Of a DNA stretch of 64,000 nucleotides, positions 63,331 to 64,000 are shown piece after piece (the first letter of the stretch is position 1; each line of letters opens with the position of its first letter). The stretch lies in assembly GCF_006345805.1 (NCBI RefSeq), contig NW_021835993.1:124001-188000 (forward strand). Reading direction: 5' to 3'. Under the pieces are notes generated by a model, which was given only the letters and a program-made list of their open reading frames with translations, ran no database searches and was not told the origin of the DNA. Position numbers and translations under genes: made by a program. The DNA is from Octopus sinensis. Its lineage: Eukaryota.

Positions 63331-64000
63331 ATGTGGTATATCTTTCTCCTCTGTCCTGGTTTCTCTACGGCAGTCCTAGTCTACTCCGTCCGGGAGGAGT
63401 TGCCAGTCGGCACCGTCATAGGCAATGTCTTTGAGGATCTTCGACTCGAAAATTCAGAATCTAGCCAATTAACATATGGAATATTCGAGAACTCTGCGGC
63501 AGGAGATCTTTTTGAAATCGACAAAACTGGCAATTTGATTACACTGGAAAGAATCGACCGGGAAGGAGTTTGTTCAGGATCTGCTGACGAATGTTTTGTT
63601 TTTCTTAGAGTTCTCATCGGTTTTTCGAATGGCAGGACCAACATTGCCGATTTAAAGGTGAAGATAACGGATATAAACGACAACAACCCGACTTTCGACC
63701 CTCCCTCCCTTACTGTTGATGTCCTAGAGTCGTCTAATATTGGGGAATTGATCCCAATCAAGTCCGCTGAGGATCGTGACTCCAAAGAATATGGAATCAC
63801 GGAGTACAGAATTCTGAACAAATCAGAAATTCCATTTTCTCTGAAAAAGAGGGAAACTCATTTATATTTGGAGTTGTTGCAGAAACTTGACCGTGAATCT
63901 CATCAGTCTTACTTTTTCGAAATTGTCGCCCAGGACAGTGGAGGGCAAGTGGGAGTGTTGAACGTGACGGTTAATATTTTGGACGAGAATGACAATGTCC
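63331..64000 (+). CDS. Protocadherin, copy 2 (5' part, frame intact, runs off the right edge)
   Basis: Has TTT at 63861-63863, so KRETHLYLELLQKLDRE reads through. Confidence 0.92.
   Translation, partial: MWYIFLLCPGFSTAVLVYSVREELPVGTVIGNVFEDLRLENSESSQLTYGIFENSAAGDLFEIDKTGNLITLERIDREGVCSGSADECFVFLRVLIGFSNGRTNIADLKVKITDINDNNPTFDPPSLTVDVLESSNIGELIPIKSAEDRDSKEYGITEYRILNKSEIPFSLKKRETHLYLELLQKLDRESHQSYFFEIVAQDSGGQVGVLNVTVNILDENDNV

Larger units (their letters stand above)
51273..64000. repeat. Further copy of C-D-E-F, running off the right edge (~23.4-kb unit)
   Basis: 51273 onward matches 9136/21494 onward, then runs without internal junctions into sequence matching 36496-40600. Confidence 0.97.

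Noticed and set aside
1-64000. Stop-codon reassignment to explain fragmented ORFs
   Set aside because: Interruptions resolve with GT-AG micro-introns, and the 613-aa protocadherin ORF reads through in the standard code.

Overview
Eukaryotic (animal) genomic DNA, not prokaryotic. It is extremely compact: genes are split by GT-AG introns mostly 20-35 nt long (ARL3 has five of 22-25 nt), and neighbouring start codons are often only 65-90 nt apart. A protocadherin (animal), motile-cilium genes (LRRC23, ARL3), the standard code and micro-introns best fit a dicyemid-like mesozoan; this is an inference. Recognisable genes: RanGAP1, USB1, a penta-EF-hand protein, ARL3, GALNT, FRA10AC1, a vinculin/alpha-catenin-family protein, AP-3 sigma, a GAK-like NAK kinase, an SRSF7-like RRM/zinc-knuckle protein, LRRC23, a 7-EC protocadherin, Mic60/IMMT, an SLC16 transporter, a 5'-truncated kinase and several LINE remnants. 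The dominant feature is nested head-to-tail amplification. With blocks B=4735-9135, C=9136-14545, D=14546-17106, E=about 0.63 kb and F=about 14.8 kb, the order is A BCD BCDE DE DEF CDE(F...). The repeat units are about 12.4, 3.2 and 23.4 kb, and D occurs five times. Junctions show microhomology, a templated insertion and clustered mutations, and the copies are SNP mosaics. A real end-joining/circle-driven amplification and an assembly or amplification artefact both remain possible. Exon models and family calls were made by eye from remembered motifs; no searches were run.
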